Of a stretch of DNA of 54,302 nucleotides, positions 39,354-49,580 are shown one piece after another. A program made the position numbers and the translations under genes. The stretch spans positions 1 through 54,302 of the forward strand of contig JBILLK010000043.1 in the NCBI GenBank assembly GCA_044376115.1, read 5' to 3'. This stretch comes from Polyangiaceae bacterium. Its GTDB lineage: Bacteria; Myxococcota_A; Polyangia; Polyangiales; Polyangiaceae. Within the stretch, counting starts at the first letter, position 1; each line of letters opens with the position of its first letter. The notes beneath the pieces were generated by a model, which was given only the letters and a program-made list of their open reading frames with translations, made no database searches and was not told the origin of the DNA.

Positions 39354-40178
39354 GTGCGCTTCTTCCCCGCTCTACTTTCGTGCGCTCTTTTCTCGATCGG
39401 CTGCGGTTCCAAGAAGAAGACGCCTGCCCTCGAGTCAACGAGCACCACGCGCGCCGAGGAGGCGCCCACCGCCAGCTCGACCCCGCTGAAAACGAAGCCC
39501 CGTACTCCGCCGCTTCCCCCTGCGCGCCCCAATCCGACGCCCGAGGCGCTCGAGCGCAAGGCGCGTTCGGAGCGGATCTTGCGTGAGCTCGGCGTGCCGA
39601 TCCTTGCGGAGCTACCGGTCGTCGATACCGCCGCGGAGGCCAAGCCGCGCGCGCAGGAGGCGGTGGTGGATCGCGCGATCGCGCTGATGTTGGTGGCGGT
39701 GAAAGGCGAGGGGCTCGAGCAGGAGCACGTCGATCGGCAGCTGAAGAAGTTCTCCGCTCAGCCCTTTCTCTCGCCGGAGGAGGTCGCGTTCATCGCCAAA
39801 TTGACGCCGACTCAACTCGAGCGCGCCAAGTTCGGTTGGAGGTACGAGGGCCTCTCGGTGATGACGTGGGCGCTTGGCTACGACGCCGAACTCAACCCCG
39901 CTAACACCATCGTCGACGCGGGGAGGGTGGTCCGGCTCGTCCTCGACAAGGGGCCCGCAGACTTTCGTTCGGGGGCCAAGCTGCGCCCAGTGAGCGAGCT
40001 GCTCGACGCGAATGACCTTGTCTACCGCATGAACTGGGCCTGTGTGAACGCTCGCGTGAATAGCCAGCCGGCGCCGCGGGCGCTCGACTGCGAGATCGTC
40101 CTCGAGCGTCATCACGCCCTCAACTGGCTCATCGGCTACCAGGGTCAAGCCTGGGATGACGTCTCCACCGACACCTGA
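39354..40178 (+). CDS. DUF4272-family lipoprotein
   Basis: SIGC lipobox; WRYE..WALG, DLVYRMNWAC, ERHHALNWLI and WDDVSTDT C-terminus. Confidence 0.85.
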   Translation: MRFFPALLSCALFSIGCGSKKKTPALESTSTTRAEEAPTASSTPLKTKPRTPPLPPARPNPTPEALERKARSERILRELGVPILAELPVVDTAAEAKPRAQEAVVDRAIALMLVAVKGEGLEQEHVDRQLKKFSAQPFLSPEEVAFIAKLTPTQLERAKFGWRYEGLSVMTWALGYDAELNPANTIVDAGRVVRLVLDKGPADFRSGAKLRPVSELLDANDLVYRMNWACVNARVNSQPAPRALDCEIVLERHHALNWLIGYQGQAWDDVSTDT

Positions 40179-40296
40179 CTGAGGCTGCGTCCCGCGCTGT
40201 CCTACGCGGCATTTCGTTAAGTCCTCGGCGTTCGGCCCGTTCTCCCTATTCGCGACCCATCGCGACGCATTGCGCGGCGAGCCCTAGGAGTCACGA

Positions 40297-42267
40297 ATGA
40301 GACGGATTGCGATTTGTGGGCTTGCGGCTTTGTCGGCCCTGGCTGGTTGCGAAACGATCACCAGCGGGGTCCTGCCTCCGGGAGAACCCTCCTGTGGAGC
40401 GCACGGGCGCGCCGCGCAGGGTGATGTCACGGGCTGCGCCTGTGACGAGGGTTACACCGGTAGCTCTTGTTCCGAGTGCGCGGCCGGCTATCAAGATCAG
40501 GACGGCGATGAAGTTTGTCTCCCGGATTGCGCGACGGCCGGCCTGCAATGCGCTAGCGGCAGCAGCTGCGCTGTCGAGGGCGGGAGCGCAAAGTGCGTCT
40601 GTGACGAGGACCACGCAGGAGCGACGTGCACCGATTGTCAGGAGGATCTCCAGGACAACGACGGCGACGGCGAGTGTGCGCCGACATGCGGATCAGCGGG
40701 TCTCGCTTGTGGCCCGCACGGCACCTGCAGCGACGCTGACGGAAGCGCGGGCTGTGAATGTGCCGCCGGCTACGCCGGGGATGATTGTTCCTCGTGCGCC
40801 GCGGGGTTGCAGGACAACGACGGCGACGGCGATTGTCAGCCAGCTTGCTCCACCGCCAACGTTGGCTGTGGCGATCACGGCAGCTGTGACGACACCTCCG
40901 GTGTTGCGCAGTGCGACTGCGCTGAAGGCTATACCGGCGACGACTGCTCCACCTGCGATCCCGGAATGCAAGACCGAGACGGGGATGGCGTGTGTCATCC
41001 ATCCTGCAAGGCGGCGAACCTCGTTTGCGGGGATCACGGTGCTTGCGACGACGCCTCCGGCGTGGCGGTGTGTTCCTGCGAGCCCGCTTACGCAGGGGCC
41101 CAATGCGAGACCTGCGCGTCTGGCATGCAAGACAACGACGACGATGGCCTCTGCGCTGAGTCGTGCGCCGCGGCGGCCCTCGTCTGTGGCGACTTCGGTG
41201 TTTGCGAGGATGCGAGCGGAGCTGCAGAGTGCGCCTGTGACCCGGGCTACACCGGTGGATCCTGCTCCAGTTGCGCGGTGCACTACCAAGACAACGACAG
41301 CGACGGAACGTGCGCTCCGGCGTGTGGCCTAGGCGGTGTCACCTGCGACCCTGGCGAGACGTGCGATGACGCGACCGGCGCAGCCGTTTGCGCGTGCCCA
41401 GTTGGGTATAGCGGTGCCAACTGCGAAGACTGCGCTACCGGGTACCACGATGACGATGGGGACGGTTTCTGTCGCGCACCGTGTCCGAATGCGCCCTGGT
41501 GGAATGGCGACTACGCAAGTCGCGTTTCGCTCGCACTGCTGAACAGCACCGTGGGTGCGATGGCAACCGGCACCCACGTGGTTGGCGATTTCGATCACGA
41601 TGCGCTCGTTGCGCAAGGGCTGTCGCAAGCCTCCGGGGACGACGTTCGCGTCGTCTACTTTGACGGCGTGAACAACGTCGAACTTGCGCGACTACCGTTT
41701 GGCGAATGGGACAGCCCGAGCACCGGCCTGATCTTCGACCTGATGGCTCCCATCGATGCCCGACAGACCTCCCTTTCCTATTGGATCTACTTCAATGCGC
41801 CCAGCGCTGTGAATCCGCCCGTGTTGGCCAATCCGTATGCGGTCACCCAGGAGGACGACGCCGCCAAGTCGTTGACCTGCGCATCCGAGATCAACGCACC
41901 GTACTACTCAGGGCAGCTTCGTCAGGTGAGCCCAAGCCTTTACCAAATCCACCTCTACGACCAAACCCACGACCCCGCGGCCTACGTCCGAGTGCAGATC
42001 ACCGACGTCGCCTTGGGCACGACGCTCAAAGACACGACCTACGGCAGCTACGGCGACTTCCAAGCGCCCGGTACGTTCGACGAGTACATCAGCATCGACT
42101 CGACCAACTTCACCGTGACCATGACGTCCAGAGAGTCCACCGGCTCTGTCGTTTCGTTTGGCTGCGAAGGGTTTGCGTCTGCGCATGAGGTCACTGGCAC
42201 GACGACCCGCTCGTATGTTCGAGGCGCTATCAATCCTCACCCCGAGATGGGGCTCTGCGAACCCTGA
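40297..42267 (+). CDS. Lipoprotein with seven EGF/laminin-like Cys repeats and a DUF2341-like domain
   Basis: LAGC lipobox; 53-aa repeats CxCxxGYxGxxCxxCxxGxQDxDGDGxC; WWNGDYASR..DDVRVVY..YWIYF. Confidence 0.8.
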   Translation: MRRIAICGLAALSALAGCETITSGVLPPGEPSCGAHGRAAQGDVTGCACDEGYTGSSCSECAAGYQDQDGDEVCLPDCATAGLQCASGSSCAVEGGSAKCVCDEDHAGATCTDCQEDLQDNDGDGECAPTCGSAGLACGPHGTCSDADGSAGCECAAGYAGDDCSSCAAGLQDNDGDGDCQPACSTANVGCGDHGSCDDTSGVAQCDCAEGYTGDDCSTCDPGMQDRDGDGVCHPSCKAANLVCGDHGACDDASGVAVCSCEPAYAGAQCETCASGMQDNDDDGLCAESCAAAALVCGDFGVCEDASGAAECACDPGYTGGSCSSCAVHYQDNDSDGTCAPACGLGGVTCDPGETCDDATGAAVCACPVGYSGANCEDCATGYHDDDGDGFCRAPCPNAPWWNGDYASRVSLALLNSTVGAMATGTHVVGDFDHDALVAQGLSQASGDDVRVVYFDGVNNVELARLPFGEWDSPSTGLIFDLMAPIDARQTSLSYWIYFNAPSAVNPPVLANPYAVTQEDDAAKSLTCASEINAPYYSGQLRQVSPSLYQIHLYDQTHDPAAYVRVQITDVALGTTLKDTTYGSYGDFQAPGTFDEYISIDSTNFTVTMTSRESTGSVVSFGCEGFASAHEVTGTTTRSYVRGAINPHPEMGLCEP

Positions 42268-42304
42268 GCGGGCAGCCTCGCGGCCTTTCCTTCGCCCTAA
42301 TGGC

Positions 42305-43075
42305 TCAAGGCTTCTTGTAGTGCGGCTTGGCTTTGGGCGTGAAGCTGACCTGCCGCAGGATCGAGAGGGCGACCTTCTTGTCTTCCTCGGGGGCGTCTTT
42401 GGCGATGATCACCATCCGCAGCTTGTGTGAGAAGTCCCCTGTTGAGTAGATGTCCCACCAATAGAAGTCAGCGGCCTCTCCGCCCTTCATTTTGGCGGTG
42501 CCGTAACCGGCCTTGAGCGGAATCTTGTCCGGCCCGACGTCGATGATTTCGCCCTCACTTAGGTGCTTCACCTCGCTGACCAATGCCGACTTGATCCAGG
42601 TATCGACGGCCTTGGTGGTGGCGTCCATCTTGAGGTTGATGTTGTCCACCGCCACGGCCTTCTTGCTCGGGGCCCAGTACACGCCGCCACCACCAGCATT
42701 GTTGAACTTCCACGGCGGGTCGGGGTGGGTCCACTTGATGGTGTAGTCATCGGCCATGCCGGTGCCTTGACCACCACCGACCGACTCTTTGAGTTGCATC
42801 GGCGGCGCTCCAACGAGCACAGCCTTCCAATCTGCGCCGCCGATCAACGCGATGTCGTTCGCTGCCGCAGGCGCCGCGGCGCTCGCTGTTGCGGACGGCA
42901 CCGCCGCTGACGAAGAAGCCGCGCCGCTCTTGTTGCTTGCCGGCTTGCTCGAACTCGCGCTGGTTGCGCTCGCCGCCGCTGCCGAGCCGGAGCTGCCTCC
43001 CGCGTCAGCGCCGCAGCCCACAGCCCAAACACAAACCGCGCCGCAAACAAGCCCACGAAGCCACGAACGTTTCAT
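42305..43075 (-). CDS. Hypothetical lipoprotein
   Basis: AVGC lipobox, Ser/Ala linker, AGGAG SD. Confidence 0.75.
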   Translation of the reverse strand: MKRSWLRGLVCGAVCVWAVGCGADAGGSSGSAAAASATSASSSKPASNKSGAASSSAAVPSATASAAAPAAANDIALIGGADWKAVLVGAPPMQLKESVGGGQGTGMADDYTIKWTHPDPPWKFNNAGGGGVYWAPSKKAVAVDNINLKMDATTKAVDTWIKSALVSEVKHLSEGEIIDVGPDKIPLKAGYGTAKMKGGEAADFYWWDIYSTGDFSHKLRMVIIAKDAPEEDKKVALSILRQVSFTPKAKPHYKKP

Positions 43076-43119
43076 GATCGAATCTCCTTAGTGTCAGCCA
43101 AGTGAAGTGAATTGAGCGG

Positions 43120-43533
43120 CTACTTGCGGCCGTGCTTATCGACGACCGCCGCGACCAACTCTTTGCCCGGCGCCTCGTCACAGCCCTTGAGCACGCGATA
43201 TCCGGCTTTGCCCTTGTTCTTGCCATAACAGGTCAGAGCTTCGCCTGCTGACTTCTCCATGCCCTTCTCGACGCACGCTTGGTCGATCTCGCGGGCCAAT
43301 TGCTTGACGAACTTCGCTCCGGCGCCGGCCTCGTTGGGGACCTCCTTGACCTCGAGAATGGCAATCCCCGACAAGGCTTCACCGGCGAGCCCGCAGGGCG
43401 TGGACGCTTGGGCTGCTTCGGCGCTGGCGCTGGCGCTGGCGTTTGCGTCGGCCGATTTGTCCCCGCAGTGGGTCGCGAAGGCGAGCAGAGAGATACAGGC
43501 AAGGGCGTTGGCGATCGAATGAATGGTGCTCAT
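43120..43533 (-). CDS. Small hypothetical lipoprotein
   Basis: ATHC lipobox-like, Ala/Ser linker, paired Cys. Confidence 0.7.
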   Translation of the reverse strand: MSTIHSIANALACISLLAFATHCGDKSADANASASASAEAAQASTPCGLAGEALSGIAILEVKEVPNEAGAGAKFVKQLAREIDQACVEKGMEKSAGEALTCYGKNKGKAGYRVLKGCDEAPGKELVAAVVDKHGRK

Positions 43534-43701
43534 GGCAGATGACTCTCGCTGTGCCCGAGCTGTGAAGTCCGCCGTGGAGCTTCACGCTGGGGTCGACGAA
43601 AGGGGAAGACGAGGCCCCGCGCCGATCGGTCACGCGGGGCTGTGATTTATTTTTGAAAGGCGCCTGGTTCGCGGGTTCCGCAGGTTCAGCTGCTTCTGGG
43701 C

Positions 43702-44628
43702 TCAGGTATCGCGGGGCACCGAGAGCGGCCTTCGGCGCAAGGTCTCGAGCAGGAGCTCGCTGAACGCGGCGACCCGGCGCGGCAGTTGTTTCAGGTTGGG
43801 GCGTACGAGGAAGACCGAGCCGGCCGGCGCGACCACCTTGGGTAGGACGCGCACCAACGTCCCGGCAGCGAGCTCTGCATCGGCGACGAACGGGGGCAAC
43901 AGGCCGAGGCCAACGCCGTGTTTGAGCGCCTCGCGCAGGAAGGCGATGTCGTCGGCGACCACGCGCGGCCGTACCCCGACGACCTGGTTCGGCATTCCGT
44001 TGCGCCGTAACAGCAGCGGCGGGGTGCCGGCGAAGCCCACCCAGTCGAGCGACTGCAGATCGTCGCTCGAACGAGGGGAGCCGCGCCGCGCGAGATAGCT
44101 CGGCGATGCATAGATACCGAAGACCACCTCGCCCACCTTGCGAGCGATCAGCGCGGTGGCTTTGAGCCGCCCAGGCGAGACCCGCAGCGCAAGATCGAAG
44201 CCGTCTCGCGCGAGGTCCACGAGCTGATTGGACAAGCGAGCTTCCACGCGCACGTCCGGGTAACGGATGACGAAGCGGCTGGTCACCTCCGAAAGCACCA
44301 GCGCGCCAATGTCGGCCGTGGAGGTGATGCGCAAGAGGCCCGTCGGCATCGAGTTCGCGTCCGAGCGCTCGGGCAGCTCGGCCAGCGACGCGAGCAGCGC
44401 GCCGAACGTCGGTTTCACCCGATCATAGAGCTGCGCGCCTTCCGCGGTGGGGCTCACCTTGCGGGTGGTGCGATGGAACAGCAACGTGCCGCGCGACTCC
44501 TCGAGCGCCGCGACGGCTCGGCTCACCGTCGAGCGCGGCACACGCAGCCGCTCCGCCGCGAGCGAGAAGCTGCCTGTTTCGTACACGAGCGTGAAGCTGC
44601 GCAAGAGGTTCAGATCGATTGTTGCCAA
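43702..44628 (-). CDS. LysR-family regulator (CrgA-like)
   Basis: IDLNLL, GSFSLAAERL, LFHRTTRKV and DGFDLALR; TTG start inferred. Confidence 0.9.
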   Translation of the reverse strand: MATIDLNLLRSFTLVYETGSFSLAAERLRVPRSTVSRAVAALEESRGTLLFHRTTRKVSPTAEGAQLYDRVKPTFGALLASLAELPERSDANSMPTGLLRITSTADIGALVLSEVTSRFVIRYPDVRVEARLSNQLVDLARDGFDLALRVSPGRLKATALIARKVGEVVFGIYASPSYLARRGSPRSSDDLQSLDWVGFAGTPPLLLRRNGMPNQVVGVRPRVVADDIAFLREALKHGVGLGLLPPFVADAELAAGTLVRVLPKVVAPAGSVFLVRPNLKQLPRRVAAFSELLLETLRRRPLSVPRDT

Positions 44629-44707
44629 ATCGCACCAGAGAGTTGGAAAATGGTCGGTTGTTGAAAGTTTCGCACGGACTAGGTTCAGGACTCGAAAGGA
44701 AAACATC

Positions 44708-45592
44708 ATGTCCAACGCTCCTCTCCTGGTCACCGGCGCTTCTGGAAAACTCGGTCGTCGCGTCGTCGAGCTGCTGCTCGAGCGCGGTGAGAAGAACCTG
44801 ATCGCCACCACCCGCAACCCCGCCTCGCTCGAGGATCTCGCCAAGCGCGGCGTCACCGTGCGCGCGGCGACCTTTGACGATGAGAGCTCGCTGGTCGCGG
44901 CCTTCCGCGGCGCCGAGCGCCTGCTGCTCGTCAGCACCGACGCGCTCGACACGCCGGGCAAGCGCCTCGCGCAGCACCGCGCAGCGATTCGCGCCGCCGA
45001 GGCCGCGGGCGTTCGTCACGTCGTGTACACCTCGCTGACCAACCCGTACCCCGGCTCGCCGATCGGAATTGCCGAAGACCACCGCCTTACCGAGGCAGCG
45101 CTCGAGAGCTCGAAGCTCGAGTTCACCGTCTTGCGCAACGATCTCTACGCCGATCTCTTTCTGCAGGCCTTGCCCCCGGCCATCGCTCAGGGTCGCCTTG
45201 TGGACGCTCGCGGCAACGGCAAGACCGCCTTCGTCACGCGCGAAGATTGTGCGCGCGTCGCTGCTGCAGCGCTGGCGAGCGGGTTCACCGGTCGGCGAAC
45301 GCTCGAGGTCACAGGCTCCGAGGCCCTCTCCAGCGCCGACGTCGCTGGGTTGGTCGGGCGCATCACCGGCAAGAAGATCGAGCACCTCTCGCTGCCGGGT
45401 GACGTTTACGTGAACGTGTTGGTTGAGCACGGGCTGCCACGGCCGTTCGCGGAGGTACTGGCCTCCTTCGATGCGGCCATCTTGAAGGGGGATCTCGCGC
45501 CTGTCTCCAACGCGGTCCGCGACCTCACCGGCAAAGAGCCGATCCGCCTCGAGGCCTTCCTCACCGAGAATCGCGCTGCGCTCGGTGCTTGA
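44708..45592 (+). CDS. NmrA-like NAD(P)H oxidoreductase (QorB/YtfG-like)
   Basis: LVTGASGKLG, LLLVS, GVRHVVYTS, DHRLTE and LRNDLY; AAGGA SD. Confidence 0.88.
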   Translation: MSNAPLLVTGASGKLGRRVVELLLERGEKNLIATTRNPASLEDLAKRGVTVRAATFDDESSLVAAFRGAERLLLVSTDALDTPGKRLAQHRAAIRAAEAAGVRHVVYTSLTNPYPGSPIGIAEDHRLTEAALESSKLEFTVLRNDLYADLFLQALPPAIAQGRLVDARGNGKTAFVTREDCARVAAAALASGFTGRRTLEVTGSEALSSADVAGLVGRITGKKIEHLSLPGDVYVNVLVEHGLPRPFAEVLASFDAAILKGDLAPVSNAVRDLTGKEPIRLEAFLTENRAALGA

Positions 45593-45677
45593 GCGATGAG
45601 CCCCGTCGCGCGAGGTCGCGACGCGGCTGCGTGGCAAGCCTGGTCAGCGGAGCTCGGCGACGCTATGCTTGCTCCCC

Positions 45678-46598
45678 ATGTTCGGCCGCGCCTTCACCTT
45701 CGCGTCGATCGTCGCCCTGCTGCCGAGCCAAGCGCTGGCCGACGATGGGGCGATTGCGCTCGAGCTCTTTCGCAGCGGGCGTGAGGCGATGGAGCGGACC
45801 GACTACGCGGTCGCGTGCGCGAAGTTCGAGGAGAGCCACCGCCTCCAGCCTGCCCCCGGTACCCTTATCAACCTCGGCGAGTGCAGCGAGAAGCTCGGTC
45901 GCTACGCGACGGCGTGGCGCGCCTACTCCGAGGCCGCTGACCGCCTCTTTGGCGACGAACGTCAGGCCTTCGTCCGCGGGAAGGTCGAAGAGCAAGTCGC
46001 CAAGCTCGGGAAGCTTCGTGTCGTGGTGGAGCCTCTGGTGCCAGGATGTATGGTGAAGATCGAGCGCGTCTCGTTGAAGGCTGAGCTCGCCTACGAGCCT
46101 CTCCCGGTCGATCCGGGGCCTACTCGAGTCGAGCTCAAGTGCGAGGATCGCGACCTCGCAGCGGTCGAGACCCGGGTCGCGCAGGGGACCACCGTGGAGG
46201 TGAAGCTCGCGCCCGGGCCGCCCTCGATCAAGGTCGAGCCGGCCCCCGCTACCGCGCCGAGCCACACGCTGTCGATCGCTGGATGGACGCTTGGAGGGGT
46301 CGGGCTTGCGGCGCTCGGGGTCGGTGGGGTTTTCGGCGGTCTTGCGCTCTCCCGCAAATCGACCGTGGAAGAGGTCTGCACGAACGACGCCACGCCCCTG
46401 TGCCCGCCCGATGGGATCGACGCGGCAGAACAAGGGTCCACCTTCGCCGCGGTGAGCACGGGCCTCTTCGTCGTGGGTGGGGTCGTGACGGCGGCCGGCG
46501 TCACCCTACTCGTCGTCGACGCGACGTCGCCTGGAGCGGCCGAGCGGGTGGGTGTGCGGTTGGGTCCGGGTTGGGTAGGGATCGATGGGACCTTCTAG
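45678..46598 (+). CDS. Secreted TPR/PEGA-type myxobacterial protein
   Basis: LFRSGR...ACAKFEES..GTLINLGEC..LGRYATAW; C-terminal hydrophobic hairpin ending GTF. Confidence 0.8.
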   Translation: MFGRAFTFASIVALLPSQALADDGAIALELFRSGREAMERTDYAVACAKFEESHRLQPAPGTLINLGECSEKLGRYATAWRAYSEAADRLFGDERQAFVRGKVEEQVAKLGKLRVVVEPLVPGCMVKIERVSLKAELAYEPLPVDPGPTRVELKCEDRDLAAVETRVAQGTTVEVKLAPGPPSIKVEPAPATAPSHTLSIAGWTLGGVGLAALGVGGVFGGLALSRKSTVEEVCTNDATPLCPPDGIDAAEQGSTFAAVSTGLFVVGGVVTAAGVTLLVVDATSPGAAERVGVRLGPGWVGIDGTF

Positions 46599-47652
46599 CG
46601 GCGTTGGACGGATCGGGTTCGTGGTGGGCCTCGTGCTCGGAGGGTGCGCAGATCTGATCGGCGCGAACTTCGACGTCGAGCCGCTGCCCGCGACGGGCGC
46701 AGCGGGCGGCTCCGGTGGGTCGGGGGGAGAAGCAGGGAGCCCCGCGGGCGCGGGTGGATCTGGCGGGGCCGAAGGACCGGAGACCCTCTGGGAGGGCGAC
46801 TACCCCTGGGACATCGTCGCGAGCGGCACCTACGTGACGTGGTCCAGCGCTGGCGGAGCCGGCCCCGGAGGGATCTACCGCCGACCGAAGGCGGGCGGGC
46901 CAGTTGAGCGATACCAGTTGAGTCTGCCCGGTACGGACCGCCTCATCGAGGACGGCGGTGAACTCTACTTCACGGTCAGCGGGCCCGCTAACAAGTTCGC
47001 GGTGGGTCGCTGTTTCGACGCCACGGTCTCCTGCGAGGTGCTCGTGGAGCCGGACCAGCAGCCGAAGGGGCTCGCTGGGGAGCCTGGGTACATCTACTAC
47101 ACGTACGGCTCGAGCACGGTGAAGCGCCGCGAAAAGAGCGCACCGTTCGCGGAGGTCTCTTATACGGTCCCCGTTGGCACCAGCCAGCTCTTGGTGCACG
47201 GGAACAGGCTCTGGGGCACCGCCTTCAAGAGCAACCAGGTGTGGTGGGCAAGCCTTCCGCTCTCCGACCCGTGGGTTTTCCAGGTGGACTCCGCGGAGAT
47301 GACCAGCCCCAACGGGCTTGCGCCTTACAACGAAGTCGTCGCGGCGGGGGGCCTCAGTGTGCGGGGGCAGATCGCCCACTTCGGCAACCCTACCAGTGCG
47401 ACGTTGTTAGCGACGGACCAAAACCAGGTCGCCGACCTTACGTCCCGTGGACAGTTCCTCTATTGGGCCACGTTCGGTGACGGAAAGCTCTCCCGCATTT
47501 CGTCGATGGGCGGAGGGACCGTGCAGCTTCTCCTCGAGGGAGAACCGTCGGCGAACGGCGTCGCAGTCGACGAGACGCATCTCTATTTCACGCGCTATCT
47601 GCCCGGTGACAGCGGGGGCGCGGTTCGGCGCGTGCCGCTAAGCAACTTCTAG
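46585..47652 (+). CDS. Beta-propeller lipoprotein
   Basis: LGGC lipobox, Gly linker, and repeats such as FLYWAT, GVAVDETHLYFT and VRRVP. Confidence 0.75.
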   Translation: MGPSSGVGRIGFVVGLVLGGCADLIGANFDVEPLPATGAAGGSGGSGGEAGSPAGAGGSGGAEGPETLWEGDYPWDIVASGTYVTWSSAGGAGPGGIYRRPKAGGPVERYQLSLPGTDRLIEDGGELYFTVSGPANKFAVGRCFDATVSCEVLVEPDQQPKGLAGEPGYIYYTYGSSTVKRREKSAPFAEVSYTVPVGTSQLLVHGNRLWGTAFKSNQVWWASLPLSDPWVFQVDSAEMTSPNGLAPYNEVVAAGGLSVRGQIAHFGNPTSATLLATDQNQVADLTSRGQFLYWATFGDGKLSRISSMGGGTVQLLLEGEPSANGVAVDETHLYFTRYLPGDSGGAVRRVPLSNF

Positions 47653-49142
47653 AAGCGTCGGTTCGGGTCGATGCGACTCGAGGCGCTCGGGCGCGGTGCC
47701 GTCGTGTTGGCGCTGGCTGGAGGCAAGGACGTCACGGACTGAGTCGCATAGGCCGTGACGTGAGCGCGCGGTAGTGGGCCGGACGCCGACTGCCCGAGCG
47801 ACGCTGGCGGATTCGGGGTGGAGGCGGGAGCCAACGTGATCGGCGTCGCGCTACGAGGGGGAGTGGAGAGCGGGCTCGCTTGCGGCCCCTGGGGTTCGAC
47901 GGTCGCCGAGGCGCCGGGGTCTCGCCGTGCCAACCCATCCGCGAGCGCAGGGTCTTCCGGCGAAGTGTCGCGCGGGGCCGACTCCCTGGGCCAGTAAACG
48001 ACGGCCGCGACGGCGAGCGCGCTGCCCGCGAGTCCCAGGACGATGGGCACTCGCCAGCCTCTTGCAGCGCTTCCTCGCGCGCTCTGGGGAGCCGAGGCCG
48101 GCGTCAGCGAGCCCTCCGGGCGAATAGGAAGTCCGGCGGACTCGAGCGTAACCAGCTTCGCCACAGCTCGGTCATGCCCGGCGCGCCCGTCCGAGAGCGT
48201 AGACTCTTCCCCGATTAGGTCGGTGGGGCGCGGCGAAGGGACGAGCCGCTTCGCTCCGGACGATACGTGGGCGACCTCCTCGCCGGTGAACTCGTAGTAG
48301 GCCTGCTGCACGGCGTCGGCCATCTGCTCGGCGGAGCCGAAGCGGGAGGCGCGGTCGCGCAAGAGCGCGCGGTCGACGATCGCGGCGAAGCTCGCCGGGG
48401 CGTCGGGGACGAGCTCGCAGAGTCGGGGGGCCGAGGCGGTCAGGACGCGGTGAAAGAAGCCTTGCTCGTTGCCGGACTCGTGCGGACAGAGCCCCGTCGC
48501 CAGCGCGAACATCGTGGCACCCATCGACCAAAGATCGCTCCGAGCGTCCACGTTCGGCCAGTCCCCCACCGCCTGCTCGGCGGGCATGAAGCCGAGCGTG
48601 CCCATCGTCGGCGTCATAGGTCCGGTGAGCCGGACACCAGGCGCGCCAGCGGTGTGCCCCGCGAGCCCGAAGTCGAGGAGCTTGATCTGCCCGGCCTTCG
48701 TCAGGAACAGGTTCGAGGGCTTCAGATCCCGGTGGACCACACCCGCGGCGTGCGCCTTTCCTAGCGTCGTCAGCGCGGGGTGAACGATGGCTAGGATCTC
48801 TGCCCACGGCAGCCGGCCGCCATACCGCTGGGCGCGATCTTCGATCGACTCGCCCTCGAGCCGCTCCATCACGAGGAACGCGATGCCGTCGTCGGTGACG
48901 CCGTCGTCGAAGACCGCGACCGCGCCAGGATCGTCGACGAGGTTCGCCAGGTAGCCCTCGCGCTGGAATCGCGCGAGGACGTCGCCCCCGTCGATGCCCG
49001 GGTGGAGCACCTTCACGGCGACGCGCTTGCCGTTGCGGGCGTGGGTGCCCGCATAGACGGCGCCCATCCCGCCCTCCCCGAGGCGTCGACCGAGCTGCCA
49101 GCGCCCAGCGAGGAGGACGCCCTCGAGATCGACGCCGCTCAC
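47649..49142 (-). CDS. Ser/Thr protein kinase
   Basis: GEGGMGAVY, VAVK, HRDLKPSN, DFG and PAEQ; TM helix and Pro/Ser tail. Confidence 0.93.
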   Translation of the reverse strand: MSGVDLEGVLLAGRWQLGRRLGEGGMGAVYAGTHARNGKRVAVKVLHPGIDGGDVLARFQREGYLANLVDDPGAVAVFDDGVTDDGIAFLVMERLEGESIEDRAQRYGGRLPWAEILAIVHPALTTLGKAHAAGVVHRDLKPSNLFLTKAGQIKLLDFGLAGHTAGAPGVRLTGPMTPTMGTLGFMPAEQAVGDWPNVDARSDLWSMGATMFALATGLCPHESGNEQGFFHRVLTASAPRLCELVPDAPASFAAIVDRALLRDRASRFGSAEQMADAVQQAYYEFTGEEVAHVSSGAKRLVPSPRPTDLIGEESTLSDGRAGHDRAVAKLVTLESAGLPIRPEGSLTPASAPQSARGSAARGWRVPIVLGLAGSALAVAAVVYWPRESAPRDTSPEDPALADGLARRDPGASATVEPQGPQASPLSTPPRSATPITLAPASTPNPPASLGQSASGPLPRAHVTAYATQSVTSLPPASANTTAPRPSASSRIDPNRRF

Positions 49143-49580
49143 CGCCGGGTCCGTAGCGGGTGCGGCCTTCTCCGACGGGAACCGGCGGAGGTTCCGACGA
49201 GCGTAACCGAGACCGAGCTTGAGCCCCTACAGCGAGACGACGCCATCCTCACGACCGTAGCGTGCTGGGCGTTGGGAGAGGCGAGGTGGTCGTCCACCGC
49301 AATCCCGCTCCAACCAGCCTCAAGCCGCCCCCCGTGGGCTCGGCAGGGTCGCAGCCGATCAAAGCCGCTCTCCTACGTGCATCAAAGCCACCTTCATTCG
49401 TCGCTGAGGCTAGCGCATCTATGGGCTGCCGCGGCACACAACTCGCGTCGCATTGCTTGGTGCGTAGGGAATGCTGAGTTCGGAATCGCGAGCTGACCTC
49501 CCACGGGGCTCCGTGGAGCGTGCGGGCCGGGCTCGGGCTGCGCCAGCCATCCCTGCACGCCGTGATGGCGCACGGGGCGC

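Noticed and set aside
49143..49580. Possible gene or ncRNA upstream of the kinase
   Set aside because: There is no convincing ORF, repeat or recognisable RNA motif; it is treated as a promoter region.
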